Notes: generated by a model not told the origin, from the letters alone. Shown: positions 11,182 to 23,414, numbered from the whole stretch's first letter. The stretch is 63,698 nt of DNA, filler included, from Perkinsus chesapeaki ATCC PRA-425 (GCA_013115145.1; 4 parts of 4 records of this genome joined end to end with filler, not necessarily neighbours in it), one strand, 5' to 3'. A program made the numbers and translations.

Positions 11182-14115
11182 TCATCGACGCTTGGACGAT
11201 GACGATGACTTATCCTCCATAAGTTCATCCTCAGCAGCGATCGCTCGGAGGACCTGAAGGACAACAGCCTTCAATTCGAGATTTGTAGAATGCCAAAACG
11301 AGCGAATGAAAGTCACGCCCTTCTCGTGGGATCTTGATACAAGAAAGTTAACAAGCTTTTGAAGTTTGACATTTACGGATTTTGCGGAAGGCTGGAAGGT
11401 CTTCGTCGGGGTCATAATAACTACGCTAGGTTGATGATCACTAAGCACTCGAAGCTCCGCGGAAATTTCAATTTCATCACGACGAAGTATCCACTTTCAC
11501 ACAAAACGACACACTTAAGAATTGAACAGAAAATACATATATCTGTGCACTGCCAATAAAGCACTGATTTTCTCCCATAAAGGAAGGCTTTTTTTGCGAC
11601 AACCTGAATAATAAATCCCCCTAGGCGGCTATGATAATTGCACACATATGTCTTTCATTATTCCCATGCCTGTGAAAAGTCTAACTATTTCCCCTAGGGC
11701 CGCCAAAGTGAGCCGATGAGACCTCGAAATGGCCCTACAGGGTGTTCCGGTTCGTTAGGCAAATCATAGTTTTCCCCACAGTGGAGCGGCTCAGAACGTC
11801 GAAAGTTTTACTGTAGTTTCGAATTCGCAAAACGAATTGGAGGATCTTGTATTGAATGAACGGCTCCGTCGATTGGGATATCTTACCGCTCGTTTTGATG
11901 ATTCTTGAAGCTCTCCGGCCATAATGACTTCGTCTAAAATATACTGACTGAAGAAAAAGAAAATAAATCACACCGTTTGAGGAATAGAGTCCATCACCAA
12001 AGAGAATCTTAGCTCGGCAGATAATGCACGCGTGACTTCAGTCGCGATACTAATATACTTCACTGATTCCAGGAAAATATCACGAAGCAAAAGGGAAGAT
12101 CCACAGTACTAATTTTTCATAACAACTCCATATTTTCCCGTGCCCGAGACTTAGGTCAAGAAGTCTCAGAGCGGAGACTACATAGAGATGAGTTACCGAA
12201 TCGTAACTCATCCTCTCCTACAACACTGCTCAGCTTCGGGCAGCATGGACCCTTCATGCTCTTGTTGAAGGCCTTTTGATTGAATCCCGGGAGAATAATT
12301 TAACCGCACGCTAAGTCTGGTGGAATTAACTTCTCCGCTCGAGCTTCCATCATTTATCCATCCTAACTTACGCTTTGTGGAAATTAAATATTATATCCAG
12401 TTCACAGACATTTCCAAAATATCTATCGAGCAGCTCGACATATAAGTGAATGGTCTCGAGCGCAATAAGCTCATTATCATCTCGATCGATTGAACAGACG
12501 AAATAAAGCGAAGCGTATCTGAAAAAATCACGGAAATTCACCAGAATTTTTTCCAAAAAAATCATCGTCGATTTTTTCACCAAAATATCCCAAGTGTAAC
12601 GTGACAGAATAAGATCTGAAATCAGGTAACTTTGTCTGTTGCAGAGTTCTCCCCTGTCCAGTGGGAACCCCGCTGGTCTGTTCTTCATTGATGTCCAGGA
12701 AACTTATTTTCCGAGACTTGCAGTATTACCTCCGCGCAGCGAGAAAATCCAGGAGAATTTCGGGAAGAGTTTCGTTGCCTTGGCAATGCATATTCTCATT
12801 TATATTTGTATATTTCCGCAGTGGTTACTCCAGTACCCCCAACTGTACTGGTCTATTGCCGAATAACTCAATCCCACAGAAAATTTCTCCAAAGGGTTTT
12901 TCCTCACAAAAAACAGCACATGAACTCACGATACAATAAGAATTGATTTTTGGTTTGATCTGGCAGCCGGCTAAGAAGATATGTCTACAGCACGATAGCT
13001 CTCGGCTGCGCGTGAAAGGCTGGTGTTGAAAATTACAGACCAGATACCTCGGAAAGATTCATCTTCTCCAACTATACATGTTCCCAGTTGTGTGCCCAGC
13101 TTTACTACCTCCTATAGACAATCTTCTGTTCCCTCCACTCTAAGATGTTGCACAATTTCTGTCCCCTTTTTAATACCAAATTTGACACCTGATAAATGAT
13201 GAAATATCAATCAACCCGTTGGCCAGACACAATTTTCCCGGAAAAATCCGTCGATCAATTCCTTTAGTTCTTCCCTTCCAAAACAATGTATAAATATAAT
13301 CAACGTGAAGGGGGACCATATAGCGTCCTGCACATTTTAATGAAGTTACTTTATTCACGCGCCAGGAAATTACATCTCGCTGGACCTTGAACCATAACTG
13401 GAGATTTATTCGATTTATTGACAATCTGCACGCATGCGCAAATGAAGAATGACTGACCTCTTTCGCATCTCTTTGTTGATCCTGAACAGTCGTCGGAACA
13501 TACCATTTCATCAACCTGAAAAATATCTTGAAATTTACCAGAAATTTTCGGAAAATTTCCCATTTTTTCCCGAGTCACAAATAATAATGCACCATTCGTC
13601 GTTAAAATGTAGATATTTCTGTAGAAAATAGTCGATGGAGACTGTAGATAGTCTGCGGAGTATTTTTCGATTCCGACTCAACTTAGCCTAAATTAGTCAA
13701 TCCATCGACAGACTCAACATCACAGCAAAAGTTAAGAAAAACAACTACGGCACACAGGACAAGCTTTCGAAAGAGCTCATATTGGCGTTTGTCTACAAAC
13801 GAATCTCCACACTATTGGAGTGCAAAATATAACGGAAAACCTCTTTCGGAGATCGACCATGACAAAAAGAAGTAAATCCTGGCAATTTAGCTCTCCCGAT
13901 AGCATCGGACACACCCATCGCAGAATCCTCAAGAGTACTGAGATTTTCAGTTTTTTAGGAAACTTCCCGTTTTTGTTTTTGGGAATTCTTATTGGTTTCC
14001 AGTTTTTTTTCGGAAAATCCGCAGTTTTCCCGAATTTTTCCGTAAATTTTCGTCCACTTCCCCGCCACTACCTGATCTTCCCTTGTCTGCTCACCAATAG
14101 GATAAGATGAATCAT
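11182..14115 (-). CDS. AP1S1: AP-1 clathrin adaptor complex sigma (small) subunit, 6 exons, 153 aa
   Basis: Exons 14115-14072, 13515-13458, 13188-13109, 12518-12372, 11947-11887 and 11253-11182 splice in frame to [20 protein letters not shown]...[21 protein letters not shown]...[51 protein letters not shown]. Confidence 0.92.
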
Positions 14116-14299
14116 CGGACGATAAAAACTGAATAAATCAATGCATTAGTCTATATAGCTTGCTAGTAGTTTTTGACGGAAAAAATCATCCGAAGTTGTT
14201 CAGGTTATGTCAAGCTAATTGTTACACGTAGGATAGAAATGAAAATATTGAAATAATCATCTTTCGAAGATCATTAATTTAGTTACCATTACCATTTCG

Positions 14300-16150
14300 A
14301 TTATTCGGTTCATTTACCAATTCGTTATTATTCGATCCACAACGATGATGATGTTTGATGGAATTGTTGTTGATCTTGAACAATTGGGCAAAGAAGAATT
14401 TATAATCATTATTGTGTGTTGATGGAAATCATTCCATATAATTTTACGGCTCTATTAATAGATTCATTTTGCATTATAATACAGTCCAAAGAACCTCAGA
14501 GATGCGGGCAACAAAGAACAAATCAGCGAAAACGTCATAAAAAATATTAATATCAAGCTTATCTCACGCCAACGAAAGGATAATATCCAAGAATAGTATC
14601 TTTTCTGTCAAAAATATTGTGAGTTAGCTTCAAGAATATTGCACTAATAAACGGGCACTTGATAAAGTTACGATGGTCGAATTTTTTTCGAATTCAAATT
14701 AGCAAGATTGTGGCGACACGCATTGAGAGAAGCGCTCGCCCAAAAATGAGAGACACATTCGATTAATTTTATTAGTTTATACTTGTCCAGATAAATGATT
14801 AAATGGATATTATTATTGTCGTATTTGGGGGAGATGGTTGAAGCCGCTATGAACTTACCACCGGAAACTGCTGAGGATTTGGTCACCAAAATGAGAAGCA
14901 GAATTTTTGTGGAGACGAAAAATTTGTTTAAGAAAAGTAATGAGTTGTGAAAGGAGCGGTAGGAGTCATTAAATCCATACCGGGATTCAGAATCGATTCC
15001 AGCATCGCATTTCAGGTGTAAAAGGCAGTTTGTTAAGGATCGATTCTGGATTTCAAAATCGGTTTATTGGACAGCCCCGGAGACTTTTTACCCTCGAGAT
15101 TCCGCCAGCTCCGCCAGGGTGCTATCAAGGTTAATATGATCGAAAAATGGAGAAGTCTGAGAAATTTACAAGTATCGTATTTCCTAGAACTTATTTCCAA
15201 TACGGAGTTGAGCCCAGATTTACACGGTTTTGTGGAAGCTCGGGAGATACCAAATTTCTGCCGAAAGTCCGGCCAATCAACTGGAAACCGTCACTCAACA
15301 TTAGTATAATTGTATTTTTGACTAACTGAAAAATGATCGCCTTTCAGATTTGGAGGAGATATGCAGCAGCCTCTCCGGGCCATCTTGTCATTTTGGCCGG
15401 AAGTCTGAGAATCGGGGGAAGTCTCTCGGCCGGGAAACCTTCATCGGCGGGGTTATACCAGACAACTATGTTCCCGATTCACCGGGTAGGTATTGGTTCA
15501 GTGCCTGGTGGAGCTGTGCCGAATGTGGTGGGCCGTTTTTAGCATGCAAAAATAGCAAGCAGCATTAAATGATAATAATATTTTTATTGTTAATAAGACT
15601 ATTGCAACCCTCATGCCTGCGTCATCGGATCTAAAATTCTTTCTAGTGCGCAATAATACAGGGAAGATTGTGACGGCTTTGCTGGATGTGGCGTTGAGGA
15701 ATCGCTGCAGGTTGGTGGGGGTGCTCATCTCAACGCTCCCTCGCTGAATCCTTCCAACTGCTCACAATCAACCTATCACGGGGCACGACATCGTGACTCA
15801 TTTTATCAGGCTTTGATGCCCTCGCGGCTGCTATGCCGTTCGATGTGTGGAAGTTCGATCCATCGGACCTGCCTGAGTTATTGCTACCTCCTCCTCCGGA
15901 GACCGAGAGCGAGGGGAAGATGCTGGACTTGAAGGAGCAGGCAGTTGGGAGAAGGGTAGTATATATGGGGGAGAAACTGAAGACGTGGTGCTTCGGGAGG
16001 GCTGATATTCTGCCGACATGTGCGATGTTCAAAAACTCTTGAATGTCTTACTAGCACTTTGTTTGGGCCGTCCTGTACAAGTCTTACTTTCACGGCTGAA
16101 TGCCTTTGTTGGTATGCGGTGGGCATCTCCTCATCGTCGTAGATATGAGA
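14300..16150 (-). CDS. Multi-exon hypothetical gene(s), structure unresolved
   Basis: Minus-strand coding-like blocks (MPTAYQQRHSAVK then GTAAG; PTNLQRFLNATS; LKLTHNIFDRKDTILGYYPF) separated by AT-rich introns. Confidence 0.3.
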
Positions 16151-16369
16151 CTCCAAAGTTCATACAAATACAACTACGTCCGCCGCGGTGGAAGTGATGG
16201 GGAAAATATGGGTTTATTTTCGCGCGTTGTTATACTTATTATGCACTCGCCATGTATCTCCAGATTTGTTATTGTTGCTGACGGTTTAGGATCTTAAGAA
16301 AGTGGTCAACTTTTTTCCGAAGGGACCATCTGTGATTTGGAAATTTTCCGAGGAAAGATATTTGACGTT

Positions 16370-19300
16370 GCATGCATGCAGGTACCTTCAGGATTCTCGC
16401 AGGGCCTGCCGGACGGGGTAGTGGCATCCTGGCAGGGACGGTGGCTGGTGGATGATAGATATAGGGCTGAGAAGGGTAGTACTGGGCAAGTGGGAAATAG
16501 GTTAGTAGTGATACGGAGGAGGAGATATAATAGAAAGGAGTTTGATAGGAAATATGTTACTAGTGATACGAAGGAGTAGGAGATATAATAGAAAGGAGTT
16601 TGATAGGAAATATGTTACTAGTGATACGAAGGAGTAGGAGATATAATCGGAAGGAAGCTCGACATCAAATTTGTGCATTTCGGCTGCTGCTGTTTTCTCA
16701 GGCACATCATTGCCGACGTATATTCGTTTTTCTAAACCGGTTCTGCCCCGCAACATTTGGATCGAACTAGACACCACTGCTGATAGGACAGTGAACGTGA
16801 TGGGCAAACAGACTAAGGAGAAAATAAAGGGAAAACAAAGTCAACAAGCTGCGATTGTAATTAGTATCTTTTATGGAGGAGTCGATGACTAGGAGATTTA
16901 GGTGCTACTCCGAAGAGGGACGGAGACGGTTTGGTCCAGTCGGATGTTAATGGGTTCTACTACTGTGGATGTGAGCAGCGGGTTGTGGATTCTCTACTCG
17001 GGAATTGGGGGTCTGGCTCTAAATGGTGTAGATCATGATGCTAGTAATGATGATGATCTATCTTGGCTTTATCCAGTCTATCATATGCATTTGACTTTAT
17101 GTAAGTGATGAAAGAGAAAAGACAACTCTAAGAACTAACTCTAAAAAACTCTCGCGGGAATTCGGAGATTGGAAAATGCTACAGTTACTTTGCTTGCAAT
17201 TACTAGCTTACTGTCCATCGCAAGCTTCACTTGCTGTGCCTGCTCTTCATCTGCCGCTTCGTGTTGGGAGCTTGGCGATTGTCATAAACATTAGATTCCT
17301 TCTGGTTTAGAACTTGTAGGAAGTGCTGAACCTGTAAAGTTGGTATCTAGAATTAATTTCTCCTGCTGGCTGAGACGATGATATTGGCGAATCGGTCTCA
17401 GGTGCTCTCCCATGGTTTTTACGGGCATGCTCCGCTGAGTCCGATCGACGAGATTGTTGTTCTGTCTCGAGGAGCGGGAGTTAGAGTTGTGGCGATCGAA
17501 TTGGATCAGCCAGGTAACTTTGGCGTGTTAGGGGTTAAATGGTTAGAAGACTCAATGGCGATTTCGAGAAATGTGATGTGCTGATTCCTTTTCATTATTG
17601 GATCATTGTGCTTGGAAATATTTGTACTAAAACTTTGGGGAAGTTGTATAAAATCGTTGCTGAGCCGCTTGTGGACCACAAGTAGTTCTGGTTACCCTTC
17701 TGAATGCTTTTTTCATCCTTCCCACGTCAAGTTCTGGTAGAGAGGATCTCGGCACAGAATTGGGAAACTTGAACAACTATCTCAGCTATCTACTCTCTGC
17801 TCTCTTTCCAGGTCAGGTTATGGTACCGTTGATGTTGCTAACAAAGATGCCTGTCCCCAACGGTGGTGTTATTCTCAAGCATGTCATGGTCGATTCGGGG
17901 CTATTGAGAAAGCACCAGCTTACCAGTGTAGGATTGAGAATTTTATTTCATTTTGCGGGTTTTTCGGTAATTTTTCCCGCTTTCTGCAATTTCCTTAAAG
18001 TATCGAAGTTATGGTGCCAAGTTGATATTAATTTCCGAAATTCCGAGGAATTAAGTGCAGGCAACGCGTGTTGGTGCCCGGGTTAAATTTGGAGCTCCCA
18101 CTGAGCTTGTCTGTCGAAAGTTGATGTCATCTTAGTAGTAGTATCATTCGTTTTTTCATTATAACTTTTTAAATCTCCAAGAATATCTAGTTTTCAGCTC
18201 CAAGATGCTATCACGGATGGCTACGAGCTCGATTTTGGAAACAAGACTGATGGACCGCTGACGATTGCTGAGACAGTTCTGGGTGAGTTGTTAACAGTCC
18301 CTTAGGACCACTGTCTAAGAGATTAGCTGGACTTTATAATGGTGACAGAGAGCACCAGGCCCGCTGGCAGTTCGATTCCAGCGCGCGCTGTTGCGGCGTC
18401 AAAGTTACTATAAAGAACTCGTTTTCTTGAAGGGCCTGCTTTGCACTTTATTTCATCATTTCCGGTTTCTGGCTTGCGATGCGTTTTCAGGTGACGAATC
18501 CAAATCGATCATCACAACTCATTTATTAAAGCTGGTGGCCGCTAATGATGGTAAGACTTGCAGTCGCATTTGAAAGTAAAAATAATCTATTTTTTTTCGG
18601 AAAATGAAATTTAACGGATTTTCAAGATTTTCTTGGTAGAAGAGAGATGATTCCAGAAGGTTCCGTTCAGTAGCACTGGGAGCCTGCAAAGTTCTTACTG
18701 GTGTACTGTCGCACTGGACGAACGCAGCGGGTCAAAGCGAAATGACTCAACTGTGATGGACTTTCGGGTCTAGAAGTATGCTTGAGACGTGGTTTCGATG
18801 TAGGGGGCTAGCATATTCCTATTGATGGTATCCTCTGCAGAGCAGCTACGGTAATGTTATACGTAACTGTGATTAGGGATGCCTAGTACCGGTGGCTAGA
18901 TAGCCTCCCTACTGGGGAGTTCCCAGATTAACTTGATTAACAGATTGAGGTTGGAAAAACAATAGGGGGTGCTCATGCCTGCTCGAAGGTTGTAGCGATT
19001 GTGCGAAAAATGATCTAAAATGGACTACTACTACTACACGTGTTAGATGTGCCGTTGGAGTTGAGAAGAGAACTCGAAGGGAGGAAGGATGAGGTGGAGG
19101 AGCTGGCGAATAGGGTCCTGCGGAGAGTAAGGATTTGGAAATAAGCTTAATGGATGAATACTTCAATGAAAAGTGCCGCCGGGCAGGACAGCTGTCATCG
19201 AGCAACGTGAACTACCGATTTGAATTGGTGAATGAGTCGCATGTTTGGGTTGCTGGAATATACATGGCTGGCGGATAAATTGTCCAGTGCCGATCTAAAT

Positions 19301-19860
19301 GAGTTGTCGACCGAATATAAGAGACCGGTAGCCTTTGATCAGAAATTTCGAGCCGGTCGCAAAGGTATTCGCGTCACCTTCGCCCGGGAGAAATACAAAT
19401 TTTAGAAAACTACTAACTGTATTTTCAGGTCGTCACTGGAGACGATTTGTATGCGAGCTCTGATAAAGTGAGGGAGGAGGAGGGTGTGACAACAGAATCT
19501 AATGATGATCCTGATGAGGAAATGAGGGATGTTAAGGTTGAGAAATACGAGAGGAATAAGAAGCTACAAACGGTTGAAGATCTACTGGTGGCGGCGTTGA
19601 TGCATATGTGAAGTACGTGCCTCTTAGATTGCTTGGGGCACGGGTTTACGGATGCAGTAGATAAGTGTAATTTAGTTTGAAGTGCCATTAAGGCCTTCAG
19701 TGACACTTCGCAAACCTGGCAAACCCGCGCCTTGAAGTTAAAGGTTCGGGTGAGGGGGAAATGGCGGTGAGTTGGCGGCGAGATACTGCCTACTTTTGTA
19801 CAGATGTGTATACCGTCAGCTCCGATGTCATCAATTTCAGATACGGAATCGACCGTTACT
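16370..19860 (+). CDS. Large multi-exon hypothetical protein
   Basis: Many GT/AG-bounded exons in one orientation, e.g. TSLPTYIRFSKPVLPRNIWIELD, LQDAITDGYELDFGNKTDGPL, GLLEYTWLADKLSSADLNEL, VVTGDDLYASSDKVREEEG. No family recognised. Confidence 0.45.
16501..16648 (-). repeat. Second array of the 2569-2792 minisatellite family, inverted, 55/58-bp units
   Basis: The reverse complement reads CTTCGTATCACTAGTAACATATTTCCTATCAAACTCCTTTCTATTATATCTCC. TAGTGATACG occurs at 16506, 16561 and 16619. Confidence 0.95.
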
Positions 19861-20357
19861 GAGGGAGTACCGTTGATCAGGAGCTGGTCCAGAAGCCTTC
19901 ACAATTTATCATTCCTTCTATCCAAATCGACATTTTTTCTACAACTTAATACTTCCACTTTGCATTGGACTGCTGTGTTGTGTGAAGTGTAACTTACGGT
20001 TGATGTGGCCAAATGAAAGACAACGGTTCTCTGTTACGGATTTTTATAAAATAATAATAATTTTCGCTGTAAAAGGAAATTCTGCGGAGCAGTAGCTGCT
20101 GAACGAGTCTTGGAGAGTCTTCTTGACGCTGTCTTGACCTAACATAAAGCTTCTGACCGTCCTTTTTAGAATCCGATTGAGTCGGTAGCGCTGACGAATT
20201 GGTGTGGCGGTGGGTTTTGTATGATACGCTACGGAGGGAGCTACCTTAAGGTAGGCTTTGCTATGAGAGAGAATACATTAGACGGGACCATGGTAGTTAT
20301 AATATTTCGTTTAATCGATTATTTTTCGGAGTACTTATCTGGTTGTTGTGTCTGGTA

Positions 20358-21173
20358 ATGTCTGTTCCACTGGGGAAAATAAGCTGGGCAGATCTCACCG
20401 CTGAGGATGACGATTCTTTCATTCCTGGCGTCACCGAGGAGACATATGCTCAGCCGGCAGACAACATTTCTAGATTAGCTTCGCGAGTTGGCGAACTGAG
20501 GACTATCGCTGAGGATGATCCTGGAAGTAGCCGACCGCCCGGGTTTGGATTTCTGCTGGAGGGACGCGCGCTGGCGTTGCCGGAAGACTCCAAGACTATG
20601 CAGTCCGTCGTAGCTCTTCCTCCCGATTCTCGCGAAGTTGGACAGGAGACCAGAAAGCGGGGCCTGGAATGTTCGGAGGAAGGGGAGACTAAGTTGAGAA
20701 GGCTTGCTGTGGGACCGACAACATTTCCTGTGCCTGGCGCGGATCCGATATTCCCTGGTGTTCTTAAGAAGACGGAGGTTAAAGAGAAGGCCCCGGAGGA
20801 GGATGTAGAGGCAACCCCGATGTCGCCAAGCCCGGCTGAAAAAGTCACGAGGAATGGCATTGCCGGGCTGATGAAAAATCGAGAGTCTTTGTCGAGCTCG
20901 AGCGAGAATGGAGATGTGAATTGTTGGACTCGCCGGCAGCAACTGAGGGAGAGGCAGGTTGCTATTGGTAAAAGCACGCATGAATACCAGAAATATCAAG
21001 CCGAAGTTCCAGCGGATGACAGGAAAGTCGGAGTGCATCCTGTGACGCCGGACCCGACCAAGAAGGTGAGCAAGAGGACTTTTGATGCGGAGATGAGGAC
21101 CTGGCGGAAGGCCCTGCACGAGTTGTATCAAAAGCCGGGCGGGGAGGAGTGTAAAAATGTAGACGATGATTGA
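20358..21173 (+). CDS. SLBP: Histone mRNA stem-loop (hairpin) binding protein, intronless
   Basis: The C-terminal RRQQLRERQVAIGKSTHEYQKYQAEVPADDRKVGVHPVTPDPTKKVSKRTFDAEMRTWRKALHEL matches the SLBP RNA-binding domain pattern (RQ..I..GK....Y..Y...VP...R...HP.TP.......R.WD.....W+..LH). First ATG at 20358. Confidence 0.82.
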   Translation: MSVPLGKISWADLTAEDDDSFIPGVTEETYAQPADNISRLASRVGELRTIAEDDPGSSRPPGFGFLLEGRALALPEDSKTMQSVVALPPDSREVGQETRKRGLECSEEGETKLRRLAVGPTTFPVPGADPIFPGVLKKTEVKEKAPEEDVEATPMSPSPAEKVTRNGIAGLMKNRESLSSSSENGDVNCWTRRQQLRERQVAIGKSTHEYQKYQAEVPADDRKVGVHPVTPDPTKKVSKRTFDAEMRTWRKALHELYQKPGGEECKNVDDD

Positions 21174-22510
21174 TAGTGCATCCGTTAGTATTATGGTTAA
21201 TGTAGCAGATATTAATAGAGTAGATCATCTGCTCAAGGTTGAAGGGCATTAGGTGTAGTATTTGCATGCCACAAGTTTTATTTTCAGCCTCCTCAGAGTT
21301 GCGTTGTGGAAAGTGATGGGCGACTCGGTCGCGGCGTCTGAACAGAGAGGTATCGGCGGTTAATGTGGAGCTACGTTACTGCTGGTATTGGATATTATGG
21401 TCGACTAGAGACGATCATTCTAAGCTAGCCTTATATAGGATCTATGACGCACGTAACGGCGAGTGCAACATGTATTCTTTCTGGGCACATCTGATGTTCG
21501 TTTGTAACTTTCTGACCGCTAACTCTGGGGTGCATATTAGGAATTTTGGGCGCTATATTAGACTTCATAAAGTCGCAGTAAAAGCTACTCCAACATGTGC
21601 AAGTTACGATATGACCTAGAAATTACTCAAGTTGCACAGGGTCCTGCAGAAAAGGACCTTTCGGTTGCGTGGAGAATCTCAAGTAAGCTACAGTAGCTAA
21701 AGGAACGCTTCCTTCATTGCTCCATGAATCACTTTGAATTGGTCTGCCAGACTGCTGAGCTACATAGAGAGGAATGCGCTATGGGATTTGGATTGTCATT
21801 GGGCCATGAGGAGCCGCATAAGGACTATGTAGCATTATTAATTATTTGTCCAGCCTAGACAAATGATAGGATAATGAGACGAATCGTCGCCGACGATGTC
21901 AATGTTGTTAATGATGACATTATTAGACAGTCTAGAGCCTAGACTCTAGGCAAGACTTACTTAGCATTGCCAAGTAAAGCCCCTCTCAAGTGCACGGATC
22001 CCTACAGCCTTTTTATGGGACTTCTTGCGTGAAGTTCCAATCGGAGGGCCCGACCTTCGCAGCACCATGTGAACTTGCCCGGCTTCCATCCCTCGAGTGG
22101 CTCAAGTCGGGTCCCTGTTCCATCTTCTTGGAAATTATCTTTACTTGCTGGTCGCTGGAAATGAACGCGAAAGCTCGGCCGGGCCGAGTCGGCCCTAATC
22201 CCCCTGGCACGGTGCCAGTGGAACCCCAACGAGATCGAAAATGTCTCAGTGAAATGCTGAAATACGGTTGGATCCGATTCAGTTGGAGTAAGTCCAATGG
22301 ACTACAGGTAGACGCCCATACTGCAATTCTACCAAAGCTTTCTTTCCGTTACCTTACAACTCGGCCAGTACGGAGGCTTTCCGTCGGAGAGTGTGGCAGG
22401 GATTCGACTATTACTGGGACGAGGTCGAATTCAGATAGCTTCCTGCCGAGCTTCGTCCTCGAAGGCGAAACTCTGAGGGTAGATCCCTTGTTTGCAGGCC
22501 ATTTCTACGG

Positions 22511-23031
22511 CCATAGATCACTCTCAGTGGTACTATATTAGAACTCTTTATTGTGAAAATGTACAATCCAGTTTCTTGAAGACTCGAATGCTCAGTCAAA
22601 CGCAACACAACGTACTCAAGCTTAGAGAGGAACTTACCGTCGATGACTCCCTCTTTTTCCGAGGCTAACCTGGATTCCAGATCCTGGGCCGGCTAGACAG
22701 CCTTAAGCTTGGTTATAGTATCCTGATCTCAGCCCGGATCAGGAGGAAGCAGAAGCGTTACTGTGCATGCTAGAGCATGGCTACTCAGCCCATCATTGCC
22801 GATCGTTCGTCGATGGCTCATCATGGCCCATCATCATCTATGGCTCTGGTGCCTGATTGTATAACCCTGCCCGGGTTACCCAGATGATACTCGGCGGGTG
22901 TTGCCATAGATCACCCTCAGAGCCAATGAGTCAGTGGTGATGTATATGAGAACTTTGGTTGTAAAGACGTACAATCTAGTTCCGTGAAGACTTGAAAGGT
23001 CAGTCGAACGCAATACAACTTGCTCAAGCTG
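22511..23031 (+). repeat. Diverged direct repeat pair (22511-22623 and 22904-23031)
   Basis: Both copies begin CCATAGATCAC and continue ...GTACAATC(C/T)AGTT..TGAAGACT.GAA.G.TCAGTC.AACGCAA.ACAAC...CTCAAGCT, roughly 80% identical by eye. Confidence 0.85.
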
Positions 23032-23414
23032 GAATGTCTATACGGCAAAGATGAACTGATGCTACTGATACCAAGATGTACTTCACAGCAACTGTAAATG
23101 ACCTCAGTTGCCGTAATAGTATAGCTTTAAAAGTGAAGACAAAGATCACCCAGGCTACAAACGGACCTTACTAAGGCCGTCATAGAGATGAACTGATTGA
23201 AATAGTAGTGTAACAATGCTGAGTTGACCACCTCAAAACCCTATATCTACTAGATATTATCTAGTAGAGGGCACACGTTTGTACACAGGCTCAGGTGCAG
23301 TACACAGGTTTTTCTGTATCTTAGGATGTGGGCAATGATTCCCAACGACTTGTCACACACATGAAAAGGACATTGTGGTTTGTTGACGGAAGAAAGATAT
23401 CATATAATAATAAG

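Noticed and set aside
12146-12353. Intronic element as a complete U3 snoRNA or SRP RNA
   Set aside because: No U3 5' domain (GAC/A'/A boxes) and no SRP Alu or helix-8 consensus; kept only as an unclassified candidate.
15420-15460. LNQYLPG as an AlkB/2OG-Fe(II) motif
   Set aside because: A stop follows within a few codons and no HxD or RxS/T motifs are nearby.
20450-21131. Long minus-strand ORFs (175 and 218 aa) opposite SLBP, and similar ORFs opposite the MFS, GT31 and MED14-like genes
   Set aside because: Shadow ORFs of real coding sequence, with no recognisable motifs.
21990-22541. 183-aa ORF as an intact gene or transposase
   Set aside because: Non-ATG start, no recognisable motif, and riddled with palindromes; more likely decayed sequence.
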